A stretch of DNA of 64,000 nucleotides. Source: Vicugna vicugna (lineage: Eukaryota). Numbering within the stretch: position 1 is the stretch's first letter; the number at the start of each line of letters is the position of its first letter. Below are positions 24,811 through 36,465 of the stretch, one piece after another. Location: NCBI GenBank assembly GCA_013265495.1, contig MU061750.1, positions 403,216-467,215 of the forward strand, in the 5' to 3' direction. Position numbers and translations under genes: made by a program. The notes beneath the pieces were generated by a model that was not told where the DNA came from, did not search any database, and worked only from the letters and a program-made list of their open reading frames with translations.

Positions 24811-25099
24811 TGGGGCAGCATGTACACCGGGAGGGAGGACTGGCTACTTCTCTCCTTACTACATGGCCCGTTCCACCACACGACTCTGTGCCACGTGGAC
24901 CGCATTTGTTGGCATGGCTGGCCAGACGCCTGCTGTTGAAGCCTGTCCAGCCATGTGGCTCATCCTCACCCACCACTTTATTTTTATTGCACTTTCAACC
25001 AGATTTTGTGGCTAATGATGATATAAACACTATGGTAGGGGAGATGCCAGTGGACTACTGTGCTTTTCCCTGCAAGAATTTCAAGGAAAATGAACATAC

Positions 25100-25640
25100 T
25101 TGACACACTTTTCTATCTATATTGAAGCTTCATGATACTTAGAATAGGCCTGGAAGAGGAGGGAAGTATAGGAGGGGTATAATAAAGTAGTCAGTAAATG
25201 ATAAAGAAAAGCTGTCAAGGAGAAGGATGACTGGAGACATAAAGAAAAGGCATGAAATCTGTTGATACTGATTTCCATGACTTTTTTTGGTGGATTTTTG
25301 ATTTTCCTTCCAACCATCCTTCTCTCAATCCCACCATCCAGACTTTTACCTTCCTGGATTCACCACACTTTCTCTGCTCCAAAATTCAGTTTCACATGAG
25401 TCCATTATTAAGCTCTCTTAATAGGCTGTAACTCCCTCTTAAAAAGTCAACTGTGTTTTTCATCTAACTTAACTCTGTAGTACAGGCATTGTCCAACATG
25501 TATTCACACAAAGAGGCTAGACCAGAAGAGAAGCCCATTTAGTGAATGGGTAACTGATAGCATCTTTGGAAATTTAATGGAAGGCTGAACAGAGAATACT
25601 TGCTCAGTGAATTATTTGTTGAATTGAGTTGAACTGAAAT
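25100..25640 (+). mobile_element. L2 fragments
   Basis: taggctgtaactccctctt...actgtgtttttcatct; tgctcagtgaattatttgttgaattgagttgaa. Confidence 0.45.
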
Positions 25641-25762
25641 GGTAGCATCTCAGAGACTGTGGACAGGTACAGAGAGGATGAATAGGATGGTCTGGGAAGC
25701 CAAAGAAACTGGTAGGATTGGAAATATGAGCAAAGATATGATCAAACCTTAAGAGAAGAAAC

Positions 25763-26239
25763 TGCCATTATCAGTTACCTCATCCTATATTATAGCTACG
25801 CCAAAATGCAGTGGCTAAAACAATAACCATCTTATGTGCTCCCAAGTCTATGGGTTAATAACTTCGGCTGAGTTCAGCTGGGTAGTTCTTCTGCAAGTTT
25901 TGCTGGGGTCATGCACGTGATTGCAAGCATCTGGCAGCTCAGCTGGGGTTAGATGGTCTAAGATGGCATCGCTCCCATGTCCCATGTCTAGTGGTTGTTG
26001 CTAAACCACGTGTCTTTATTAGACTAATTCAGTTTTCCACCTGGCAGCTGAGTTCCAAGAGAATAAGGCCCAGTGCACAAACACTTTTCAAGTCTTTGCA
26101 TGTGTTATTTGGCCAATGTTGCACTGAGCAAACCTAGTCACATGGCCCAGCTCAGAATCAATGTGGGAGAGAATGAAATAAGGGTCTCGATAAAGGAGGC
26201 ATTATTCATTAAGGCACGTTACTAGACCAGCCTCCCACA
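25763..26239 (-). mobile_element. MaLR solo LTR, MLT1F/G/H group
   Basis: cagtggctaaaacaataacc...ggctgagttcagctgggtagttcttctg...gatggtctaagatggc...agtcacatggcccagctcag...tcccaca. Confidence 0.85.
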
Positions 26240-27498
26240 GCTCCTGCATTGTGTGATAATGGTAGCGCTGGTTGTTGCTCCTATTTCTCATAAAGAGAGT
26301 AGCTTGGACTTGGAATTGATGTCGCTAAAATTCTAGTCCAACAAATTACCCCTTACTTAGTAGCTCCTCTCAAACTGTCTTCCCAGTAGTGCTTCTGAGA
26401 GCCCCGTTTTACCAGCCATGGATTTGCACAGGAACCTGGAATAATAGTGGCAGCTCTCCTGTGTGATATACATTTTATTCAATCGAGTTCACTACGTTAA
26501 AGTGCATTCCAGATGGGGAAAATAAATAGGGGTGGCACTGTTTGAAAGATTTAAATTGGCTGCCCACACTTGTTGGTGTACTTGTTCCAAGTGTATACTG
26601 GGATGATAACTACAAACAAAAATTTGGGCCCCGGCCTTTAAAATTTTCAATTTGGCCTTTTAATTGTTGATTGCATAATTATGGTACTTTATCACCTAAT
26701 TTGTCCAAATACCTACTACACTTTTTGGCACTGTTTATATTTTTGCTTAGCAACCAATCAAGCATGCGTTGAAATCCAAGAAAGAACTGTTGAACAATGG
26801 GTCCATAAACCCAGCAGCTGAAGGGAGTATAGAATCTTACAGAAACAAGTTCAATTGCTTTTCATTACATGCCTCTGGGTGGCCAAATGCTTGGGCAGAA
26901 AATCAAGCCTGCTCCAACTAGCCATATTTACACTTCTGAGACCAAAGTCCAGTCTTTCCGTTTAAGTTAAGCTACCATTGTAAAATAATTTTATTATTTG
27001 CCAAGTTTTTAAGTGACATGAAAGGACAGATCTGCAAAGATAATTTATGGTTTGGTTCCCCAACTACTCCCAGTAGGTTATCTGGAAGCCTGTTGATTCT
27101 GCTGTGGACTGGGAATATGAAATGTTGTAAATATATTATATATAAATTATCCATCATCTTCCAAAATTTACAATAAAAAATAAAAACAGGACTATGGTTG
27201 TGCCAGTCATGGTTTGTGTTCATTTCTCTCCCCCTGTTTTTTCCTTGGCAAATATTATTCACTGACAGCTCAGTCTCAGGGGCTATGAATAGTCAGCTCC
27301 ATATGCATGCGGGGTTCTTCCTAAACCAACTTATTAGTGGTGCCAGATGTTATTATGTTTCTTGAAATGTAAGCTTAAAAAGTGATCTTAGTGTAAGCTA
27401 ATGGATAATTCAGTGAGCAGGTGTTTCATTGATAGGAGAGAGTAAGCGTATTTACCATATGGGTAGAATATGAATAATACTGTGGCCACAGGGCAGTC

Positions 27499-27969
27499 CG
27501 TGATAGACTGCGAAAATGGCTCCAGTGCTTCACCCTTCTTTGCTTCTACGCATTTTGCGATGTGTTTTTGCTGTTCCTTCTGTGCAAAGGTAGAGCCTCT
27601 TTCCCCACCTTTTAGGCCAGCCTTGTGACTTGCTTTGGTAACAGAATCCAGTGGCTGTGTCTGCGTGTTGGGACCAAGCCTACGACTCAAGAGGCCTTGG
27701 CCACATCATCTTTGTGATGGACACAAAGACATAGACATCTTTGTGTTTGTCTATGGGAACAAGTGTCATCACCTGAGTGATGACAGACAGAAAAACTAGC
27801 TTAGCTGACCTGTCAACTCAGACTCATAAGCAAACCTAGGAAAGTCATCCAGGCCTGCCTGAGGCTTATCAGAAGCACCCAGTTAACCCGCTGACTGATG
27901 AGAAGCAGTGAACGGTTGTTGTAAGCCGCTCAGAGTTGAGGTACTATACAGCAATGGCTGACTGACACA
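27499..27969 (+). mobile_element. MaLR solo LTR, MLT1H-like
   Basis: gtgatagactgcgaaaatggc start; ggtagagcctctttcccc; ccttgtgacttgctttggtaacagaat; gttgttgtaagccgct; cagcaatggctgactgaca end. Confidence 0.85.
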
Positions 27970-28364
27970 CCCTCCTTTTCCTCTAGCTGGTCGGGAAAGC
28001 CCTTTCCTTATGGCCTTTTGTAAAAGGTTGTAGAATGTGGGGAAGAAAAAGGAATGCAAGTTACTTTATGGTTTCATTAGATCTCATCATTTTTGCTTTC
28101 TACTGGTTTTATTTAAAAATATGGAACAATAAAAATTTGGGACAAATACAGCATTTTCACCCACTTCTATTTTAAGACTCATCTTTCTAGGAAAATTAAG
28201 AATCAAATTATAATGATTCCAATGTCTTGCGGGGGGGGTCTGTTCATGATGGATGCTTATTATGGATTCCCCAGCCCCAGCAAACACACATCAACCCTCT
28301 GGAATGCGTGTAACCCTCTAGCTTCATCTCTTGTTGCCACCTTACATTGTCTTCATGATTCCTA

Positions 28365-28890
28365 TGCTTTAGTCATTCAAGAACTATTTGTTGGGCACCT
28401 ATGAGGTGCCAGGAGTTCTTCCAGGTACCAAGGATACAGGGAGTAGCAGTGAGCAGAATAAACAGAGCCCTTGTCCTCAAAGAGCTGGCGTGGAAGGGCA
28501 AGCGGCAGTCAGTCAATGAAACATGACTCTACCGGGTGAGATGATGCCAAGGGCTGTGCAGAAAACTGAAGCAGGAATAGAGAATTATTGATGTTATATT
28601 TCGTGTAGGAAGGCTTCCCTAATAATGAGAAATTTGAGCAGAGACCTGAACGCAGTGAGGGAACAAGTCATGCAGATGTAACGAGGGGGAAAAGTGCTCC
28701 AAGAGGAGAGAAGAGACCATGCAGATGCACTAAGGAGGAAGTGTGTGTGAGGAATATTTAGGAGTCCAGTGTACCTTGTGTAGAGCTGGCAAGGGGAGAG
28801 TGGTAGAAGAAAAGAGGCCACAGGGCCCAGATCATGAAGATCTTGGGGGCTGTGAACATTATGGACTTTATCTCTAGGGAGAAGAAGAAT
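28365..28890 (-). mobile_element. L2
   Basis: cattcaagaactatttgttgggcacctatgaggtgccagg...gaaatttgagcagagacctgaa...cagatcatgaagatctt. Confidence 0.85.
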
Positions 28891-28999
28891 TATTTGGAGC
28901 GCTGGTGGTATTTGATGGCTGCAGTTTTCCTAACTGTGTTGTTCCATGCTTACTGTGTGTGTGTGCATGCACTTGTGGGTGTGTGCAAGCATCTTTTCT

Positions 29000-29400
29000 G
29001 ATACAATTGTCTACTTCTTTCTCCACCAGGCACACACCTACTCATCCATTGAAACCTAGCCCAAATATCACCTGTCTTGGGGAAGTAAATCCCCAGGAAC
29101 TGTCTTCTCTATTCTCCCCAGGAAAATATATATACTTTATCATCCAAATTGGGTCACATTTCAGAGTAAAAGGAGACTCTTTCAAAAATACATCAACACA
29201 ACAGATTTGAACTGACATATCTTGGGAGAGTAAGAATGCCTAGTTACCTTCTTTTAAAGTTAATCACATGACACTTCAATTACAGTTCAGATGTCTGCTT
29301 TTCCTGCTAGAATGTGAGCTCTACGAGAGCAGTATTGTTTCGTCTCTGAGATTCACAGACCTGTGTAGAGTCTGACGTATGATAGCAATTTAGCAAATGG
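29000..29400 (+). mobile_element. L2 3' region
   Basis: caaatatcacctgtctt...gtctgcttttcctgctagaatgtgagctctacgagagcag. Confidence 0.6.
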
Positions 29401-29519
29401 TGTCCAACCAAAAAATTGTGTCGGGTTTTAAGCATGCCTTTTATTTTTTGTTGTTATGGTCAATTGTATTAATTTTCTTTTCTTTTTTTCTTTTTTTTTG
29501 CTGTCCCTTTCTGGCAAAG

Positions 29520-30115
29520 GCTTATTTTGTTCCCATCCCATTGAAGTCAACATGAGAGTTGGCCCTCTCTGGGATGAATATATAACTACTCCCTGTTAAA
29601 CTCAAAATAGGCTTATGAGTTGCTTTGACCAATGATGTGGAAGTGGACGTGCGTCCAGGTGACCAGTTGTCCCAGTTTATCAGGCTTGAGGGGGTTCCTG
29701 GGATGTGAGGCTCTCAGTTATAAAACCAGAACCATGCAGGCAAACCATCCTGGTTTACCTGGGACTCACGGGGACTCCTGGGATGTAGAACTTTCCATGC
29801 TAAGATGTACTAAATACTGGACAAAACATAACAAGTGGTTACCCCAGAAGTGACATGTGCCATTTATAAGCAGAAACATTAAAGTCCACCATGGGGCTCC
29901 TCCATTTTGGTTGTCCTCTGTCGCAAGATGAGCAACATCCCAAAGAAAGGATGTTCCATCAGGCTGGGTCTTGGCTGAAGAAACATGGAGCAGAATCACA
30001 GCTGATGATAATGAACAAGTAACAGGTGTAAGAAATCAACCTTTGCTTTTGTAAGCCACTAAGATTTTGGGGTCAATTGTCAGTGTAACATAGCTAAGCC
30101 TAAACTGACTGATGG
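29520..30115 (+). mobile_element. MaLR LTR, MLT1J/I-like, interrupted by MER94
   Basis: gttgctttgaccaatgatgtggaagtg...gtaagaaatcaacctttgcttttgtaagccactaagattttgggg...taaactgactgat. Confidence 0.8.
29657..29844. mobile_element. MER94-like hAT MITE with an internal tandem duplication
   Basis: ggtgacc...ggttaccc termini; two successive units each containing tcctgggatgt. Confidence 0.65.
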
Positions 30116-31189
30116 TTATCCTTCATTGGATGGACATTCAAATGTTGGTTTGCTCAATGTAAATTTTAAGTTTCTAAGGACAAGATAATATTTTCTTTAA
30201 ATCCCATATAAAGCTTAGCAGAATAACCTCTAACGTACTGGGGTTTTGATAAATATTTGCTGATTAATTATTCATTTTATCACAGCACTTTCAACACCTG
30301 TACATTTAAAGACATTACTGTTTAGCTCAGAGTAATAGGGTGTCTGTCTGTCATTTGAATAAATTCTACCAATTGAAGACAGATCTGGCAAAACAGACTG
30401 CAGTCACTCCGTGCCAATTTCCTAGAGAAAACGTGGAATGGGCTTGATAAGACATTTTTCCCCCCTCTGCCTCCACACTTGTCCCAGCTGGGATCTTCTG
30501 GATTATATGGCCAAACTAAAGTCAATCAAAGTTTCCTTCTGGTCAAACAGAAGTGCCATCAATAATTTGCTGGGAAGACGAAGGGTCAGTCTCTGGGTGG
30601 TGCCGGTTCTCACAGCATTTACGTGTCATAGTCAATCACAGTGAAGTCATTGCATCCTGCACCCTGCCAGCCTCCTCTGGTAACTGATGAGGCACTTTTG
30701 GTAACAGCATCCTCATTTCCAGACACTGCCTATTTTATCATTTGCAACTGGAAGGTATTTCTGACATCCTTGCTGCTTTATGTAAGATCACAGTGACTTT
30801 ATGTCAGTAAATTTGTCAGTGCGCACTGGTCAGCTGTGACAGGAAAAGTACTAAATGGATGTGATTCAATTTTAAATATTATTAATAAATTACTGGGAAA
30901 TATTTCTATTATGAATACACTCATATTTTGTCAAATACTCTAATCCATGCGCTCAAAAAAGAGCTAATGTCAAGTGAATTGTTTTTAATATGAAGAGAGA
31001 AGAGGCATCAGAATTATGATGAAGCTGGTTTAATGACAAGCATTTATTTTAAATAATGTTGTCTTCTATCTGATTTATGAATTTCAAACCTAAAAACACA
31101 CACATTAGGTCTGTTTGATTACCTGCTATACTTCACTATTATAATGAAGCAGAAAGGTATAGAAAACTTGCTGCTTGCTGAAAGCAACC

Positions 31190-31330
31190 TGAAAGGTAAA
31201 TACTTTCAGTTTTAGTTTTTAATGAGGAAACTGAGATCAGAAAAATTAAATAATTGTGTCTAAGTCACTCAGTGACTAAGAAGTGGATTTGAATTATGTG
31301 AGTACAGTGTCAAAGCTCTCTACCTTCTGC
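31190..31330 (-). mobile_element. MIR
   Basis: aatgaggaaactgagatcagaaaaattaaataattgtgtctaagtcactcag...gtggatttgaa. Confidence 0.75.
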
Positions 31331-31665
31331 CTAATTCCAGAAGCCTGAAATGATACTTTCTGCACCTTCTTGGACATCCATAGCCTGTCTGGACTCCCAC
31401 TGCAATCCTGTGACCACACCTTGAGTTTCTCAGAGGCTTACTTCTGGAACCTTCCAAACTTAAATATCCTTCCCCTGCATAATCTATTTTCTGCTCTTCG
31501 GGCTGTCTTTAGTTTGGACAATCCTGCTCTCAACCAAGTTTCAGACAATATATGGTAGAAGGATGGATTTTTCTGGGTTCTGGAGGCTTTAAAGGAACAC
31601 CTTAAATATCCCTTGTTCTTTTGGGCTGTAAATACCAACCAATGGATTTAGAAATAGGATTTCTT

Positions 31666-31667
<2 letters not shown>

Positions 31668-31711
<44 letters not shown>
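31668..31711. repeat. (TG)22 microsatellite
   Basis: Seen directly. Confidence 0.98.
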
Positions 31712-31714
<3 letters not shown>

Positions 31715-31842
31715 CTTCAGTTTCTCATTCATAGTGTGTCATACAGTAGAAGTCATTCCTTTCTCGTACTTGACTGAAGTAGGATGAACCCTCAGGGAAG
31801 CAAAACCAGAAGTGAGTTTTCTGTTTTCTTTGAACTTCTTCC

Positions 31843-31990
31843 AAGGGCTGCTATGTACAGTTGTGCAAATAGTGCATTTCATACCCCTAAGGATCACCAC
31901 CTACATTTGTAATATCGTATATCTGTGCATTGATTGACAACAATTTAAAGGCAGATCATAGGAAAGTGTGTTGAGGAAGCTGTAGCTTTC
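31843..31990 (+). mobile_element. MER91-family (hAT-Tip100) fragment
   Basis: aagggctgctatgtacagttgtgca resembles the recalled MER91 terminus. Confidence 0.45.
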
Positions 31991-32440
31991 CTTGACTCTC
32001 ACCAAGGCATCATTTGAGCAAGTACCATCCACTTGTTTTCCAGAAGGAAGAATCATGGCAGTTAGGAAAGTCTTTAGACTTGCTTTCCATGCCTTCTCCT
32101 ACAAATTACATCATTTGGGGGTATTAATACTTTAAAAATATATTGTGCAGTCAGGCTTTGGAAAGTAAATATTTTAAGTCAAATGAGCCAAAATAACCAG
32201 ATTAATGCATTCATATTTTTTGGGGGCCTGGTAAGTAGAGTCGTGGGCATGTAAATGTGTCTGAACCTACTTAGAAGACAGCCAGAAAGAGCTATGTTTG
32301 GGCAAATCTTGATGTATCCAAATTCTTATATAGAAGAAGAAATACACATGGTAAATTAAAGAAAAATGTTTTGGATGTCAGAGCAAAGTTGGCCACCAAA
32401 TACCTGTTATTGTAATAACTGTTACAGCTTCTTATTATGA

Positions 32441-32462
32441 GTGTGTGTGTGTGTGTGTGTGT
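32441..32462. repeat. (GT)11 microsatellite
   Basis: Seen directly. Confidence 0.97.
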
Positions 32463-33465
32463 GACTCCAATTACTACTGATGTAAAAGATTTAACTTTAG
32501 ATAAGGCCATTGAAGATGAGAGGGTCCCATTCTAACTTTTCCCACTTTATTCACTGAAATAAAATCAGTGTTGCGAGTCAAAGCTTTATTTTAGGAATAA
32601 CTTCTTTACATTCCACATTAAAGAGATTAAACAAAATGATCAGAAAGCTTTAACCAGTTGTTTTTTTTTTGCTTCCTTTGAGGTCAACACTAGGTTTGCC
32701 CAGTGGCCAGCTTTGCAAGCTATTTCACTCCTATTTTAATGGGCACATAAAGATCATTACGTTAAAATTAATTCCCATCAGGATTTCCAAGGATTCTACC
32801 CCCAGTTGAGACTTTAGGAAAGTTGTGTCATTCAGAGGTTGAGAAGAAACCCAAAGAAATCATTATATCGGGTTAGAGTTAAGAGATTTTCACCCAGGAA
32901 AAGTAATTGAAAAGTATATATTTTGCATAATGAAACAGATGACAAACTGGGCAAGCTGGCCTATTAATGAGCCTCCTGTAAAGCCAAGAAGCCACCAAAG
33001 CAGGGAGTGAACGCATGAAGGGAAATCTCTGATCTTAAATTTTAACAACCAATTTTAATCAAACCATCAGAGGTGCTGAGTTCTTAGAGCCTATGACGGG
33101 GAGGGCAGTTTGAAAGAGGGATAAAAGAAGATGGTTTAGATGAATTGAATTGCAAAATAATATCATCAATTCGGGGTTCTGATCAGGGAAACTTAGTTTT
33201 ACTTTGGATTCCAGAGAATTCCGTATTTTCACAAGTCTGGTTTAAGGCCATGAGCATCTTCATTAGACCTTCCTTGACAGTAGTATTTAGAGGTCAGGTG
33301 AGTGACCTTAGGTTTCTGAATGGAGTGTACCTGCAAGAAATTAGTGTATCCAAACCTAAGAGCCCAAAGACTGGTCATGTAGCAGTGTGGGGTTATGTGA
33401 TACAGTGGGCAAGGGTGTGGGTCTCAATTTCCTCCTCTGTGAAACTGCGAATTTATTCTATAATC

Positions 33466-33640
33466 GATGGTTCTCAGTCCTGGTGAAGCCCTTTAGAAAG
33501 CACTGGGGGAGCTTTAGAAATGAAACACTCCATCCTCAGAGAAGTTGCTTTAATTGGCCTGGGGTGGAGTGAAGTGCTTGTTTGTGTTTCAAACTCCCTC
33601 AGGTGATCCTAACGAGTAACCAGTTACAAAACGCTGATTT
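33466..33640. mobile_element. MER5B-like hAT-Charlie MITE
   Basis: tggttctcagtcctgg...gggagctttagaaa...ttaattggcctggggtgg...ctccctcaggtgatcctaa. Confidence 0.75.
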
Positions 33641-33889
33641 GAATTTAAACTATCTCAGTTTCATGAATGAATATAAAGATCACACAGGAAAGGGGACAGA
33701 GCCAGGACCAACAAGATAACATTTCTTAACCAAGTTGAAGTTTGCCGCAGCCATGTCCTTGAACTTCCATTGTAAATGTATTAATGAGTGTGTCTAGTAT
33801 CCTTTCAGGTGAAAATGAGAAATAAGGTCATAATTTGACAACTTTATTGCCCTTCAATGTGCTTTTTTTAAAGGACACGAAGTCTCCTT

Positions 33890-34020
33890 TGATAGGATGA
33901 TAGAATCTCTGAGGGTGGGGATTTTTGTTATATTCCCTATTGTGTGTCTTACCACAGTGCCTGGCAGATAGTAGGCACTCAATAAATATTTGTTGAATAA
34001 ATAAATGAACAAATGCGTTT
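33890..34020 (+). mobile_element. L2 3' end
   Basis: acagtgcctggcagatagtaggcactcaataaatatttgttgaataaataaatgaa. Confidence 0.9.
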
Positions 34021-34329
34021 GTAGTTGACCATTGCATTATGGTTTTGAATGAGAAATCTGAAATTCAAGTAGTTTAGTGATGGATGAATACAATTGCAAG
34101 AAAGGTAGTGATAAATCATGACAATTGACAAGTTAAAAAAGTCAGTTGGTTTTCCTCTCCATATGACATCAAAAAATTAGGCTTTTTGAAACGACCACTT
34201 TAACTTTGACTGAAACTGATTCTTTGACGGGAAAGCCTCCTTTTCTGTTTAATAAAAATACGCTATTTTTCTTGTCTTTCTGTTCTCCCCCCTCTTTCTC
34301 TTGCCTCTTCCCCACCCCAAGCCCCTTTT

Positions 34330-35155
34330 TTCCCCTTCCATCTTCTTTTCCTCAGTGTCCCAAAACAGGTTAGGTATTTCCCCGTTCCCCAAACCTGCTC
34401 TTCTTTTCAGTGTCCCTGGGTAATAGCCATATTCAGACTACAATCCCCACTTCATTTCAATCTGTGCTTTCTTTTGTCCAGAGCCAACCAACTGCTAAAA
34501 TTTCTCAAGTTCACCAGTGCATGCTATATTTTCTAACCTCACTGTGAATCTCTTTTTCTAGCTCTTCACTCCTCAGATTCTCTTCCCAGCTCCTGCCTCT
34601 CCTATCCAGTTCCAGCCTGAAGAGTTTTCTTTTGAAGATATTCATCTGTTTATGTGACTCCTCTCCAAAACTTTGCATTACCTCCACCCTTTGGAACATT
34701 CCTAGTTCCTTAGCATGACACCCCTCACGCTGCCTTTTTACTCCAATGACCTGCCTCATCTGTCGTGGTGTCTGTTCATTTGGGCTACGTTCTCATCCTT
34801 CCAAATGACTTGCTGTTACTGATGTTCCAAATCTGTGGAAGTCACTGTGATCATAGCAGAAGTTCCTTTCTCTGCCTTTTCGAGTTCTACTCATTTCTGA
34901 AGGTCCAACTCGCAATTTGCCTCTTCTGTGAAAACTTTTCCGGAACTTCCTTTTATAATGCAGTGTTTGACTTCTTCTTCTTCCCTCTTAAACCACGTTT
35001 GCCTTGTATGATGAATAGCCGTTCATGTGTCTATCTCCATCACTAGATTATATGGTCCATGAAGGCAGGGATGGACCATGGCATTTATTACTGAATCTAT
35101 AGTCCCTAGAACATATTAGTTGCTTAAGAAAACTTTTGTTGAGTAAATTAATGGT
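34330..35155 (+). mobile_element. L2 3' region
   Basis: aaggtccaactc...cctcttctgtgaaaactttt...ctagattatatggtccatgaaggcaggga. Confidence 0.65.
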
Positions 35156-36190
35156 GGAATTAATGGCTGTAATTATGAGGGCTTTAGTCATTTTAGTAAA
35201 ATTATGGGGGAGTTTTTTTTCTTTTCTTTTCTTTTCTTATCAAGGGTCCAAAAATAACCCCAGGAAGACAGTTACCCAAGCAGCAAATGACTCACTCAAG
35301 GTGATGAGTCATTATCAGGGAGGTACGTACCTGCTGTGTTATCCTGTGATTGATGTTTTAAGGCTTTGAAGTTGTGTACAAGAAAATTACACTCCTAAGC
35401 CCTAGTGGACAAAATGAAATCACAGGCAGGAATCACGATGGTGTTCGTTTATAGGGAAAGCTACCAAAATGGAGGAACAAGGAAGACAGGCAGGGTGATT
35501 TGTTTTGAGGGCATCTACAGTAGATGCCCCCTTTTTAAATAGAAAGATTTAAATCTGCCTATAATTACTTCTTGTTGAGTGCTTCTCACAGCACTAGGAG
35601 TGTTATGTTTCCTAATTTAGCTTTGGGAGATTGTGACTTGACCAAAGTCATATTGCTTTAGGTGGAACAGGCTCCACGCTCCACGCCGAGTGATACCAAA
35701 CCCTTGCATATGTTTGTTTCTTTTGTATTTAACAAAGGACTCATCATTGTTAGAGTATTTGTGCCTTAAAGCTACTTTTCTTCTTTATAGTAGTGACCTC
35801 ATAGAAAAAATTAAAAACGTAAGTATTTAAAGTAAAATGTGGGGAGAAATCTTGTGCTTCCACTGACATTCCCACCTGATGAACAGTCCATGTTGTGAGT
35901 CAGCTGGGCCACGGCTGCTTCTAAGACATTGTAGCTGATGAAGCAGATTTGACCATGCAGATTTTAAGTTCATGGCTTTTTTTTTTAAAGCATCTTTTGA
36001 AAATGAATCCAAATAGCAGATCTTTTCTATTGACTCTCTATAGGTTCTTCATGGAGCAAAGAGATGGTGAAAGAGAGCTCTAAGTGACTTATTAAGTAAG
36101 AACATTCCATTTTTTCACTTTTTCTTTTTGATTTATGTCAAACTCTCTATATGATTAATTAGTTAAAGATAGACACTTTAGAGTCTCTTC

Positions 36191-36465
36191 TTTTTTTTAA
36201 CATTTTTTATTGATTTATAATCATTTTACAATGTTGTGTCAAATTCCAGTGTTCAGCACAATTTTTCAGTCATTCATGGACATATACACACTCATTGTCA
36301 CTTTTTTTTTTTTGTGAGTTATCATAACATTTTGTGTATATTTCCCTGTGCTATAGTGTAATCTTGTTTATCTATTCTACAATTTTAGAATCCCAGTCTA
36401 TCCCTTCCCACCCTCCACCCCCCTGTTAACCACAAGTCTGTATTCTCTGTCTGTGAGTCTATTTC
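36191..36465 (-). mobile_element. Camelid-type L1 3' UTR fragment with a 13-bp TSD
   Basis: Same 3' UTR as 4071-4350. Exact TSD ttagagtctcttc at 36178-36190 and 36466-36478. Confidence 0.97.

Noticed and set aside
24417-24905. 162-aa minus-strand ORF and overlapping ORFs at 24.4-25.1 kb
   Set aside because: Several frames are open because of locally higher GC content, and none resembles a known protein.
25015-25110. C-box-like ATGATGA suggesting a C/D snoRNA
   Set aside because: No CTGA D box or terminal stem at a suitable distance.
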